Translations under genes and position numbers: made by a program | Notes under the pieces: generated by a model | Told to the model about the DNA's origin: nothing | What the model saw: the letters and a program-made list of their open reading frames with translations, nothing else | The model's database searches: none | DNA from: Octopus sinensis | Lineage: Eukaryota | Direction of reading: 5' to 3' | NCBI RefSeq assembly: GCF_006345805.1 | Contig: NW_021835164.1 | Span: 1-51,412, forward strand | Length of the DNA stretch: 51,412 nt | Shown here: one piece after another, positions 1-11,425 of the stretch | Layout: every line of letters starts with the position of its first letter | Numbering within the stretch: position 1 is the stretch's first letter

Positions 1-39
1 CATATATATATATACACATGTTGATTCGCTAGCCTCTGC

Positions 40-223
40 ACGCATTTTTTTTCTCTCCTTGTTTTTTTCTGTGTTTCTTTTCTGTGTATCTTTCTGTTTG
101 AAGAGCGTAGGCTCGAACGTAAAAACTTGTTTTATTTATATTCTGAGCGCCATACTAATACAATTGTTTGTTTGTATTCCACCTGTCTTCGTCTTTTGTT
201 TATTTTATAAAGCTTCCCGTTAT
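40..223 (+). mobile_element. Short non-coding PLE pseudo-LTR-like repeat (family A) with degenerate hammerhead-like core
   Basis: TTGAAGAGCGTAGGCTCGAACGTA at 98-121, followed by CTGAGCG..TACTAATAC..TGTTTGTTTG; same module at 2487-2650, 20500-20645(-), 41215-41385(-) and 49270-49375. Confidence 0.6.
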
Positions 224-225
224 AC

Positions 226-241
226 ATACATAATCATATAC

Positions 242-288
<47 letters not shown>

Positions 289-338
289 ATATATATATAT
301 ATATATATATAGTATACCACATACATATATATATATAT
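226..338. repeat. (TA)n microsatellite
   Basis: Direct; one of dozens of (TA)n tracts in the window. Confidence 0.95.
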
Positions 339-770
339 CAGATCATTAAGAATGAAATGTCCGATTTTGAACTGAAAGTTTATTTTACTTTATCTCAACA
401 AAAAACAATCAAAGTATGCACCAAAATTTATCAGCACAATTTTGGCATTTTATTGGTAGCTTATTCAAGCTGGCAGCGAAGAATTCTGGAGAGCAAGAGC
501 TGATGAAATCACGAGAAGCTGTTTTTGCATCTTCTTCAAATTTGAAGTTTTTCCTTGTGAAAAGTTGTCTAATTCCAGGAAAACATGATAGTCAGTTGGT
601 GCAAGGTCAGGTAAATATGATGAACGTTAGAGTACTTCCAAGTTCAGTTCCTGTAACACGAGTTGCGTTCTTTGTGCAACATTTCTCGCGGACTTATGGA
701 AAATGGAGGACGACACTTTCAACACCTCTTATAAAGTGCTCTTATAACCACGGCTCAGTTAATGCAACAT
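337..770 (-). mobile_element. Mariner transposase C-terminal remnant with probable terminal inverted repeat
   Basis: Frameshifted minus-strand translation ...QELNLEVL*RSSYLPDLAPTDYHVFLELDNF...EFFAASLNKLP matches the mariner YSPDLAPxDY motif; candidate TIR at about 337-370 next to TA. Confidence 0.85.
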
Positions 771-900
771 TGAAATTTAAAAAATATTTTGCATAAATAG
801 TTTAATCGAAACTATTAAATTCAATGGAATTCAATTTTAAGTGTTATCTGTTAGTAATTAAAAATTACATTAAGTGTATCAGTACAAGAATTAAATTATA

Positions 901-960
901 CAGTTCTATATTTAAGAGATGAGGAATTATTTACATTATTTACATTATTTACATTTAACG
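901..960 (-). repeat. Inverted copy of the extreme 3' end of the tRNA-HHR SINE
   Basis: Reverse complement (..AATGTAAATAATTCCTCATCTCTTAAATATAGAA) matches the tail end seen at about 29975-30026. Confidence 0.75.
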
Positions 961-1066
961 GGCATATGACGTAGCGGTTAAGAGCGCAGGCTACTAACCT
1001 CAAAATTCCGAGTTCGATTCAAAGCAGTGACCTGAATAATAATAAAAATAAATAATAATAATAATG

Positions 1067-1108
<42 letters not shown>

Positions 1109-1109
<1 letters not shown>

Positions 1110-1547
1110 ACACAGATAGAGAAATTAAGGCCAACAGATCAGATATAGTTGTCAGAGATCATGAAGAAAAAAAATGCTTTCTAATTGATGTATCAATACC
1201 GGCAGATGACAACGTGTCTCTAAAAGAAATGGAGAAACTTTCAAAATACAAAGACCTGGAAATAGAGGTAACCAGAATGTGGAGTCTAAAAACAGAAACA
1301 ATTCCTATCATAGTAGGTGCATTAGGAATGATAAAAAAATATTCAGACAAATACATAGCAAAACACCAGGACTTACAACACATATAACATACAGAAATTG
1401 CACTACTAGGCACTGCACACATCCTACGCAGAACACTTTCCATACAGTAACCACCAGAGCATCACAACAAATCACAGCACATACCCAAGGCACACAGAGC
1501 TGCGCTCTGTAGTAAAGTGAAAGCACGCTATAAAAATAAAACTACTG
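1109..1547 (+). mobile_element. R4/Dong-type non-LTR retrotransposon 3' fragment (restriction-like endonuclease domain)
   Basis: HTDREIKANRSDIVVRD..CFLIDVSIP..KLSKYKDL..IPIIVGALG is the RLE PD..D..K.KY motif; (TAA)n on both flanks. Confidence 0.9.
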
Positions 1548-1660
1548 AATAATAATAATAAAATAATAATAATACGAATAATAATACATAATAATAATAA
1601 TAATAATAATAACATCGAAAAATACCTTAGGAATGAGACCCAGGTTCGAAATTTCCCCAA

Positions 1661-1706
1661 GACACCTGATGAAGGCTGGAGGGTATATCAGTCGAAACGT
1701 TGTGTT
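1661..1706 (+). ncRNA. Type I hammerhead ribozyme motif
   Basis: GACAC-CTGATGA-A-GGCTG(GAGGGTATAT)CAGTC-GAAA-CG-TT-GTGTT; stem I GACAC/GTGTT, 5-bp stem II, minimal palindromic stem III, GUU cleavage triplet. Confidence 0.75.
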
Positions 1707-1989
1707 AACAACAAACAAGATGAGGATAAATATCTGTCAAATGTGAATAATTCAATTATGCTATTGGAAGAGACGTACGATATCTTCATGATCAGAAATG
1801 TCAAATCCCAATATTTTAATATGTAAGAAAAATTTTTTTAATTTGAACAAAAGTATTTTATGAATAACGAGAACAATAAATTTTTTATACGATTCTATCC
1901 CAAAACAAGTCTTCAGCTTACCATAGCGTAAAAGAAAGGAAAAAAAGTGCCTAGAAATTAAAAAGATGTCGATCGGTAGAAAAATTAAA

Positions 1990-2400
1990 GGAGTGAATAT
2001 TATAAATGAGTGGAAAACTAGATGATGGTAGTAAGACCAGCAATTAGAGGAAAGAAGCTATTAGAATAAAAAGACTTCCTGGAAGTTCAATAGAGAAACG
2101 GTTTGTGTTGGAAGAGAAGTGGATGACACATTTAAAGGTCTTTACAGAGGGTTCTAGACCAAAAAGTTCATCAAAGATATGATCATGGAAATACTTATAA
2201 AAAAAGACACCACGAAGAACCCAGCGTTTTGACATCTGGATTCCAAATTCGATCAAGCAAGTTAAGACGCTCAGAGGTGGCACCAAACCCAAAATGGCAG
2301 CAATATTCAATGCTTGATCGAATGGTAATCAAATTCTATGAAATAATTGGCGATGCCTTTGTATAGGGTCAACAAACTAATCGGAACCATGCAAAGATTA
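1990..2400 (-). mobile_element. Highly decayed CR1/L2-group LINE ORF2 C-terminal fragment
   Basis: IRSSIEYCCH..RLNLLDRI and FFYKYFHDHIFDELF in shifted frames resemble the post-RT region of CR1/L2-group elements. Confidence 0.55.
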
Positions 2401-2445
2401 ATTAAGTGAAAATTGGGTCGATGAATGAAACCTAATTATCTGCTT

Positions 2446-2483
<38 letters not shown>

Positions 2484-2486
2484 TAC

Positions 2487-2650
2487 ATGCATTTTTTCTC
2501 TCCTTGTTTTTTTTCTGTGTATCTTTCTGTCGAAGAGCGTAGGCTCGAAACTTAAAAGACCTTTTCTATTCCTGACGCTATACTAATACATCTGTTTGTT
2601 TGTACTCCACCTGCCTTCGTCTTTTGTTTATTTTCGTAAACTTTCCTTTA
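2487..2650 (+). mobile_element. PLE pLTR-like repeat, family A
   Basis: TCGAAGAGCGTAGGCTCGAAACTTA at 2530-2554; colinear with 40-223. Confidence 0.6.
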
Positions 2651-2659
2651 TATATAATA

Positions 2660-2681
2660 AGTGCAAAATTATAAGCAAAAT

Positions 2682-2713
<32 letters not shown>

Positions 2714-2721
2714 CATATATA

Positions 2722-2786
<65 letters not shown>

Positions 2787-3120
2787 TGCAAAATTAAAAG
2801 CACTTCCATGAGCGTTTTATTCTCTGTGACCAATAAAGTAATAATTATTCATTTAAGTCGGCGGTAGGTTCAAGGAAGAATTTGTATTTCTCAGAGTGTC
2901 ACATTCGAAGATGTGTTGTTTAGGTCAACTAAGCTAATGTATGTATTCATGTATGTATGTATGTATGTATGTATGTATGTATGTATGTCGTATGTATGTA
3001 TGTATGTACGTATGTAAGCATGTATGCTGTATGTACACGCACACACGCATACGTATATATGTGTGCATATGTTTGTATATGAAGGCATATATAAATGTAT
3101 GTGTGGATGTGTGTGTGTGT
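2660..3120. repeat. (TA)n, (TATG)n and (TG)n microsatellite cluster
   Basis: Direct. Confidence 0.9.
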
Positions 3121-3705
3121 GTGTACGGTGTTTGGTACTTCCGGTTTGTGAACTGAGAAACAAACATCGCATTAATACCAACCTTTCATTAAAGAGGACA
3201 TCCCATCTCATAAGAATAAGTTATATTATATGACTGATATCTTTATCACTCCTCCAGCCTCCCCTCATCATCCTAACCGTTCTTTACGCACACACCCATC
3301 CCCCTGTACATAGACTTACCCCATTCTTAACCGAATTCACCCAATTCTTCTTTCTCTCGTTTATTCCCGATTCTTCTTCACCCCTTATTAGCCACATCAG
3401 GCACCCTGTGACTCATTCTTACCTCTATGTACGCACACACACACACACATGCATGCACAAACAACATACACAATCACACTTTCTCTATATTTATCTCCCT
3501 GTCTCTCTTTTTGTCTATCTGTCTCTCTGTCTCTCTCTCTTTCTCTATTTCGCCTCTCACTTCTGCTATTCTCCACCTCTGGTATATATTCTACATTTTA
3601 TATAACTCACCATGTCTGTGTCACTTTTCTTTGGTTCTTCCTTAATGTTACCCTTCTATCCTGTTCGACCTACCTACCTACCTACCAACCTATCTACCTG
3701 CATGT

Positions 3706-3754
<49 letters not shown>

Positions 3755-4079
3755 GATCTATCTATCTGTACATGTACGTATATACACACTCATATATATA
3801 TATGTTTACCTGTATGTACACACACACACACACACACACACCACACACAAATACACATATACGAATGCTGAAGTAGAAATGAGGAAATAAAGTATAGAAC
3901 AGAGGTGCTTGTGGTCACAGAGACAACGATTGCACGATAGTTTATCAAAACAATACATTAATTAATCCATCTAATAATTAACTAATTATCTACTAACTGA
4001 TAAATCAGAGGTGAAATATAACCAATGTGTGTGTCTTATTTGCAGCATAACCCACCCGAAGTGCATGCTCACACATATA

Positions 4080-4720
4080 GCTTCTCTCTTTCTCTGTCTC
4101 CCCCTCACACACGCACAAACACGCACGCAAACATACATACCAACACACACACACACCTACTTTCATATTTGACTCCTTCCGCATCTACTGTAACTCTCTT
4201 TCTATCACTCTGTCTCTCTCTCTTATTCCCTTTCTCCCTCTTTCTCCCCCTTCCTCTTTCTCTTTCCTCAGCCTCTCTCATTCTTTCCTTCTCTATTACA
4301 TTCATTTTTGTTATCCACTCTTTCCTTATTACCCTCTGTCCAGATTTTTACTTTCTTTCTCTCTCTCTCTCCTGCTCTCACTTCCTCCCCTCTCTCTTTC
4401 TATTTCTCTTTCCTGCTCTCTCTTCCTCCTCTTCCTCTCCCCCTCTCTCTTTCACTCTCTGTCCCTCTATCTCTCTTCTCTTTGTTTCTCTTGCCTGTCA
4501 TTCAGAACTGTTTCAGCTTTTTTTCCCCACTGTAATCTCATCCCTTGCTATATTGCAAATCCCAGGTCTCTATTCAAAAACGCACAGATACCACAACCCT
4601 TATGATATCCGCTCTCCACACCCCTCTTTCATTTCTCTCTCTCTTTCCTTTTTCTTCACACCTTTTCTATTCAGTTTTTCTCTCTCTTCCTTCCTCTCTT
4701 TCACTATCTTCCTTTCCATT
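4080..4720. repeat. CT-rich low-complexity tract
   Basis: Direct; explains the Leu/Ser-rich ORF at 4025-4774. Confidence 0.85.
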
Positions 4721-5849
4721 TCTTTGCTCCCACACGCACGCGGGTGCACACACACACACACGCACACACAATAAAAAAAATTCATAAATTAAAAAACCCA
4801 GATAAATTGTATTCATAGAAAGAAAAAAAGTTGGCAATTTTTTTCTCTAACTTTTCTCATAGCGAGTGTTTACAATATCTTAACGTGATTGCTTGTTTTT
4901 CTAAGCGACCTTCTTACTTTTCTCTCTTTTTCTTCTTCTTTAGGCTTGGTCAGAGAAACAAACTTCTGTCTTTACTGATCAGCAACAGCGATATGTGACG
5001 TGTCCTTAAAAACCAACGCCTAGCCACTGACGCCTCCTTTCGTTGCAAACGAGATTTATTGTGTGTATACGTTTGTGTTTATTTTTGCAAGAGTTGTGTT
5101 GAAATTTTTATTCGGTTGTATTGGCCTTTTTATTTTTAAAATTTATTTAAGCTGACTGTTCATTTAGATTGCAATAATCTGGTATAAACTCCCCCCCCCC
5201 CAAAAAAAAAAAATTTGCATAAAGCTATTAACCACAGCATGTCAAAATGTCGAATTTCCGGACGAGACTTTACATAATCGTTCAACTTGTTAAAAATAAC
5301 AGCCAAAATGTTTATCAAATCGCATCTTCTTATCTCAGAAAGAGCAAAAATTACTTTTGATACTGTCATATTTGATACTTTAAGAAAAGAAAAAACAGAC
5401 TGGTTACGTCAGAAATATAATCAATAATGTGTTTGTAGGATCCAGGTTGATTTGAGGACTGTACACATTAGAACCATCATCACCAGCAGCCGCAGCAACA
5501 GCAGCAGCAACAGCAGCAGCAAGAGCCGTTCAAGAATTTGGACCTGGAGATCTCCATTTCCAGCGACTTCGAGGGCCACCTCTCAGTGGTGTCAGGCGTC
5601 AACGAAGAGCCCTCGACTACAAGACGACCAAAGTGGGGGTCTCCCGCCCCTAAGCCTTAGACCATCACCTAACCACCCTTACCCGTCTTGTTGCTTAACA
5701 ACAACAACCAGCAGCCACAGCAGCAGCAGCAACAACAACAACAGCACAGTGATAACAGCTAGTGAATGTCGTACTGTGGAGTATGATCATTATTTTGGAA
5801 GACGTTGAACCACAAGATCTTTGGGTTTCTTCTCGTCTTTCAACCATAT

Positions 5850-5967
5850 TCTTTTGGTCTGCGTTTATAGAAGAAAACACTTTGTTGAGGTACCACGCAG
5901 TGGGATTGAACTGGAAAGCACTTGTATGCAAAGGGAACTTCTTTACCATACAGCCATGCCTACGCCT
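5850..5967 (-). mobile_element. tRNA-derived SINE head fragment
   Basis: Reverse complement GGCGTAGGCATGGCTGTATGGTAAAGAAG..GTTCAATCCCACTGCGTGG resembles heads at 7542 and 22335. Confidence 0.7.
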
Positions 5968-6061
5968 ATTCGGGTATACTACAACACTTAGACACATAAA
6001 CAGATATATATTTTTGCATATCCCCTTCTCATAATTCTTTGTGTGTGTGCGTGTGTGTGTT

Positions 6062-6104
<43 letters not shown>

Positions 6105-6679
6105 CAGTAGCATCTTTAGTAAATGTCAAATTGTCCTTTACCGTCAAAACGAACGCAAAAGATTGATTCTCGTTAACCATCATCAAGACTTCGCTTCGAT
6201 TTACAACGTCAGACATAAATTATAAATTATATTTCATAAAATCTCAAAAGATTAATAAGGAAACTCGATTCATTGTTTAGTTTTCAACACGGAAATAACA
6301 TGGCCGATTTTATTAGATAAAACACATAAATAGTATCGCCGGTTTCTTGTAACACACGCTACCACACCGAACTCCTCAGTCTCCAACCAACTAACCAATA
6401 TTTAAATAAAAATGTAATAATAGAGGGAGAACATAAATTATATATAAAAAAAAAGAAATATTAAAAAAGACAAATAAGTTGGTGGGGGGTTGTGGTGGCA
6501 ATCAATATGGTTGCTCTCTTGGTCGTGTATTGAAATAACAGGATAGAAAAGAGAAGAATGTTGGTGACATTAAGGAGAGTGAAATTTAATTACAGCTTTA
6601 ATGAAAAGCTGTTGAAATAAGATGTACATGCATACATGCGTATATGCATTCATTAACACATACAAGCACATATAAACAA

Positions 6680-6713
<34 letters not shown>

Positions 6714-6740
6714 GTGTGTGTATGTATACATCATACATAC

Positions 6741-6785
<45 letters not shown>

Positions 6786-7384
6786 CATGTGTGTATACAT
6801 CATACATATATATATATACATACACACACAGGTATATTTATATGTGTGTAGGGATACACGCATACTCATATCACATATGTATATGAATAGAGAGAGAAAC
6901 TGAAAGAGAGAGAAACAGAAATGCATATATGCACTTACACGAACGCATGGATGTATGTGTGCATATGCATATGTGCAAATTTGCGCACATGTATATGTGT
7001 GTGTATGTGTGAGTGGGTGAGTGTGTGTATATATAAAAGTTTATATATACTTATAGATAGATATGTATAAAGTTATAGAGATATGTATGTCTGTGTATGT
7101 ATCAGTCTATATCTACATATACATGTATATATATGTTTGTATGGATATGTGTATGTATGAATGCATGTATGCATGTATGTATATACGTGATAGAACATTA
7201 GGAACCCTTTTATTAACAAAGCTCTTTTAAAATGCATAGTTGTTGTGTTGCCATATAAACAGAGGCAGGCTGTGAAGATGGGGACAAAACGTAAAAGTCA
7301 GAGACTTTAATAAAATATTTCAAGAATATGAGAAGCGCACGCTCACCCCCCCCCCCCCCACATCTCTATATGTTTATGCACATA

Positions 7385-7459
<75 letters not shown>

Positions 7460-7499
7460 TATATATATATATATATTATATATATATATATATATTATA

Positions 7500-7535
<36 letters not shown>

Positions 7536-7541
7536 GATATT

Positions 7542-8011
7542 GACGCAGGTATGGCAGTATGGTTTTAGAAGCTTACTTACCAACCATGTGGTCATGAGTT
7601 CAGTCTCACAGCGCGGCTCCTTGAGCTTTTACTGCACCTCCGCTCCCACCAAAGGGTTGCGAGTGGATTTGTTGAATGGAAACTGAATGAGATCCGTCGT
7701 GTATGTATGCATAGGTATGTATGTGTGTGAGTGTATATGTCTCTGTGTGTGTGTGTGCGTGCTTGCAGATGTGTGTTTAAATGTGCGAGTGTTTCTGTGT
7801 ATATTTGTCTTGCCATCACATGATCATCATCGCCATACTGGGGATGTTATCGTTCGTTTCCTTTCTTAAATGAAGTTCGAATCTAACCATGCCACAAATA
7901 TAACCACACATGCAAACTGGTGGGGGTTGGCGACAGCAAGAGCATCCACCTCAACAAACCCTGTCCGACCTATATACACATGGAAAAGTGGGCGTTAAAT
8001 GATGATGATGA
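7542..8011 (+). mobile_element. tRNA-derived SINE with central (TG)n and (GAT)n-ending tail
   Basis: tRNA-like head, internal microsatellite, tail GGTTGGCGACAG..ATGGAAAAGTGGGCGTTAAAT(GAT)n. Confidence 0.7.
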
Positions 8012-8859
8012 TCATCATGATGATGATATACGATGGTGAAACAAATCAGCAAATGTACATGAATAAAAATAACAAAAATTCTCCTTAGGAATTGGTTTGA
8101 TTCATTGTTTTATCCCCAAAGTTAACCCTGGTGAGAATCGAACAAAATTACTTTGTGCGACGCTCGATCAATTTTGTTACATTATTCGTTTTTTTTTTTT
8201 CGTAATTCTCACTATAAATGATGTTCTTGTTTCCTAAGCCCCAATCAACTCTGATCCAGCTCATAGATGATTCAAAGACACACCATCCGTGAACATTGCA
8301 TCTAAGATCTTATTAATTAACCAGCTCCACCTCTTGCTTTTTAAAGCCTGTTGTTCTGGGCCTGTGACAAGGACGGTGGAGTGGATACTTCATACTCGGA
8401 CTCAGTTATCTTCTAAAATCAGAGAAAATCTCAATATAATTGGCAGTATTTCTTTATATCTCGCTGCTCGCTTTCTAAAAGGAGAAAACCCATCTTGTTA
8501 GATTTATCTCCCCTTATGACTATTCTTTAACTCGTATGCTACTTGTCACATGACGGATAATGGATGCAGTAGGCTTTGTTGCTGTTTGTGATATCAAGTT
8601 ACATCTGCAATTAGTTGGTAGCTAAACAGTGTGGCTGTTATTGATAAAGCATATTCATTGTCAATAACGACTATGGGAGTTCATTTTATATAATTTCACA
8701 CACAGACACACACACACACACACACACACACCACACACACACGCACGCACGCACACACCACAACATGAGGAGCGAGTAGAAATTTAAAATTGAAATTAAG
8801 GAATTCGAGGAAGAAAATGTACAGACCTCGTACATTCAATATTTTATTCTATCAGTTAT

Positions 8860-8999
8860 GAAGTTCTTGAAATTGGTAGTTGGTGGTAATAATGCGTAGT
8901 TCTTGAAGTTCTTGAAATTGGTAGTTGGTGGTAATAATGCGTAGTTCTTGAAGTTCTTGAAGTTCTTGAAATTGGTAGTTGGTGGTAATAATGTGTAGT
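8860..8999. repeat. Tandem repeat, three copies of a 45-bp unit
   Basis: GAAGTTCTTGAAATTGGTAGTTGGTGGTAATAATGCGTAGTTCTT repeated, with one extra 9-bp GAAGTTCTT. Confidence 0.9.
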
Positions 9000-9311
9000 A
9001 CGATTTCATTCTTTTTAGAAATTATCAGCATGATTTAATTTATAACTTATTAATCATATATTTGTGTGTGTATATATTTCTATACACGCGTGTGTGTGTA
9101 GGTTCGTGCATGTGTGCGTATGTATATATGTATGCATAGGCTGTCCCTATTCTATGCAACATTAATTTACTGGATATAATCCCATTTTATACCGCTCAGT
9201 AAACACAAGTAAATGTATTCACATCTATTCTGCTCCGTAAATGTCGCAAGTGGAGAGTCGAATGAATGTGTAACATTTACTTCTAACTGGTCCACTCAGA
9301 GGTATCCAACC

Positions 9312-11387
9312 CTTTTGCATTCGGTCATACGCCTGCAGTCATACTAGAGCCCCACTGTGGCATGGTGCCCTTTCCATAGCCTTCAAACATATTTGTCGTT
9401 TTCTGCGCCGTGGGCTTTCATATCTCTACTCTTGCATGTGATGTGCCCCTTTTTTTTTTAGGTGGGGGAGCATTTATTTATGAAGAATTTTAACTCTGCC
9501 ACCCTCGATTGTATTTCATGGCGGGAAGTCGGATCATCTGGTATCGGAAAATGGATAGGAAAATGTCCAGTTTTTTTGGTTTTTGAAGACATCTACGTCT
9601 ACATTGTGTAAGTTTCTTAATTCCTTGGCTAGATATTGAAGAGCTGCCGGCTTTTGAGTCCCAACCTCGGAACTTTCAATAACACTGAGGCTTTTCAACC
9701 TCTTATCACTATTTCTCCTCAACATCGCATACTCCGCCATCACCCACACCTCATTCAAGATCACAGTGGGTGCCGTATCGGCGTCGGCCATATACAAGCG
9801 ATATTCCTCATTGAGTCCCTGCAGCCTACGCATCACGGACAACGTTATGACCTCCACAGCTATCTGCGGAGGCCATTCGAGATCCTGTGTGCAGGCTAAA
9901 GGTACTCCCTTATGGTGCTTTTCCACCATCTTTTCTACCTCTCCGCCTCTATAGAATAAGACCAATAATTCGTCTTCCTCCGGGGGAGAGATAGTCAATT
10001 CTACCTTTGGTGGTACAATTCTCGCCAATGGTGTCTCTTCCCTTGCCGGTGGCACAACTCCTACAGTCGAGGTTCCAGGACATTCCGGTACTATGTCACC
10101 GACTGCCGGCAATGTCCCGTTTCTCTTCCTCTTATTTTTTTCTTTTCAACTGAGGGAGGGTGCGTCTTCTCCGTGACCGGGAGATTCACTTCCCCTTCCT
10201 CATCCCTAGGATCCTTCGGTGAGTACCCATTGTTTCTCACCTTCTTCCTTTTGCGGCCCTTCTTTGAGGAGTCCTCTTGCCTCCTCGGCCGCCTTCGTTC
10301 CCTCTTCTATAGAGGTCTCAACCAACTACTCCAGGACCTTACTTTGTTACTGGGGACAGTTTTTTTATATGGCACCTGGGGGTGGAGCGACCCTCAAGAA
10401 TTACCGGGTACCTGCATCCGGCCATTTTCAAAAGATCTGGAAAAACCAGATTGGCTGATTGGGTCCAACGGTTCAAAACATTTTTTGACCCAATCCAATC
10501 AGCCGTAGGAAAAACTTTCACATTAAGGAGCTTGTCTCCGTTGCTACCCAGACCCCGGCGAATAGTTCCCTCTATCCACTCGGGTTTTATCCCAGGTGGC
10601 AACCCACAAACCCAAGTTCTTGTCAACTTCCTCCCACAATACGTGGGAAGAAACAAAATTTTATTGCCCTCCAGGGGCTGGTTCGCAAAAATGCGAGCCT
10701 CCTCAGGGGTGTCAAACAGCAACCACACCTTTGCATATTTGACGCCCCTGGAGTTGAATTTAATAGTTGACAAATATTCTGCCAACTCTTTCACAATTTT
10801 ACTCTTTTGAATGAGGGCGATGGCGTCGAGCGACTTGGAGCACGTTCGCAGTACCACCGTCCTCTCTTCAAAGTCTTTCATCCACTGTTTTGGCGGGACA
10901 ATTTCCCACTCCAATGCAGTGTTATTTATCTTCTTTGCCATATTTCTTTTTTGAAAAATGTCCACAAAAAACAAAAGTTCAAAGTTAAAAAACAAAAAAA
11001 AAAAATACAAGAAGGAAGAAGACGAAAAACAGTTTTAAAAACCCAGCAAATTCTTCTGGCAGTCCTGGTACTCCTGGCCAACTTGGTAATCATTCTGGCA
11101 AGGGCACAAAGCAGTCACAAAAAATACACAATTTTCGGAGAGATACGCGCCAAAGACACACTTCTCACCGCTACGTGAGGCTTTAAACACCACCACGGGC
11201 AGACAAATGCGTGGAACTCAGTGGATATTTCTTGTTCGACAAAAATAAATAAACACGAGCAACAGACCCCCACTGAATCCCAAGAAAACAAATGTCTTAC
11301 CTAGTAGTTGTGCTTCGATAATTCACGACGTTGGTATACAAAGACGTGACTCCAGCAGCGAAGAACGACGCGTCCACACAGTAGTGA
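9312..11387 (-). mobile_element. ORF1-only non-autonomous LINE-like element ending in a CR1/L2-type ORF2 C-terminus and 3' tail
   Basis: About 450-bp leader; ORF1-like region from ATG 10941; segment 9490-9650 homologous to the LINE end at 50850-50991; tail motif 9312-9355 like SINE/LINE tails; no APE or RT coding sequence. Confidence 0.7.
9650..10941 (-). pseudogene. Disrupted LINE ORF1/gag-like protein (RRM-like domains, broken CCHC knuckle, acidic linker, unknown C-terminal domain)
   Basis: ORFs 10339-11010 and 9534-10112; RNP-like VWLLFDTPEEARIF; knuckle remnant RCHI..[deletion]..KNCP; stops and frameshifts between the ORFs; homologue at 43420-43954. Confidence 0.65.
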
Positions 11388-11425
11388 GGGAAGCAAGCTT
11401 CTTGCCACACAGCTGCTCCTGCGCC
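11388..11425 (-). mobile_element. Truncated tRNA-SINE head abutting the 5' end of the ORF1-only element
   Basis: Reverse complement GGCGCAGGAGCAGCTGTGTGGCAAGAAGCTTGCTTCCC. Confidence 0.7.

Larger units (their letters stand above)
960..1752 (+). mobile_element. tRNA-derived SINE: tRNA-like head, (TAA)n tract and hammerhead-containing tail; interrupted by a Dong-like insertion
   Basis: Head 960-1034 with A-box-like TGACGTAGCGG, anticodon-like loop CTACTAA and B box GTTCGATTC; (TAA)n at 1035-1108 and 1548-1612; tail 1611-1752 is homologous to 29851-30026. Confidence 0.75.

Noticed and set aside
416-796. 126-aa plus-strand ORF
   Set aside because: Antisense shadow of the decayed mariner transposase on the minus strand.
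960-1034. Functional tRNA gene (ACT anticodon-like loop); likewise heads at 18707 and 27602
   Set aside because: Acceptor and T stems do not pair properly, there is no T-run terminator, and the heads are followed by SINE bodies.
10173-11178. Plus-strand ORFs 10173-10508, 10382-10810 and 10807-11178
   Set aside because: Antisense to the ORF1-like region; no independent motifs.
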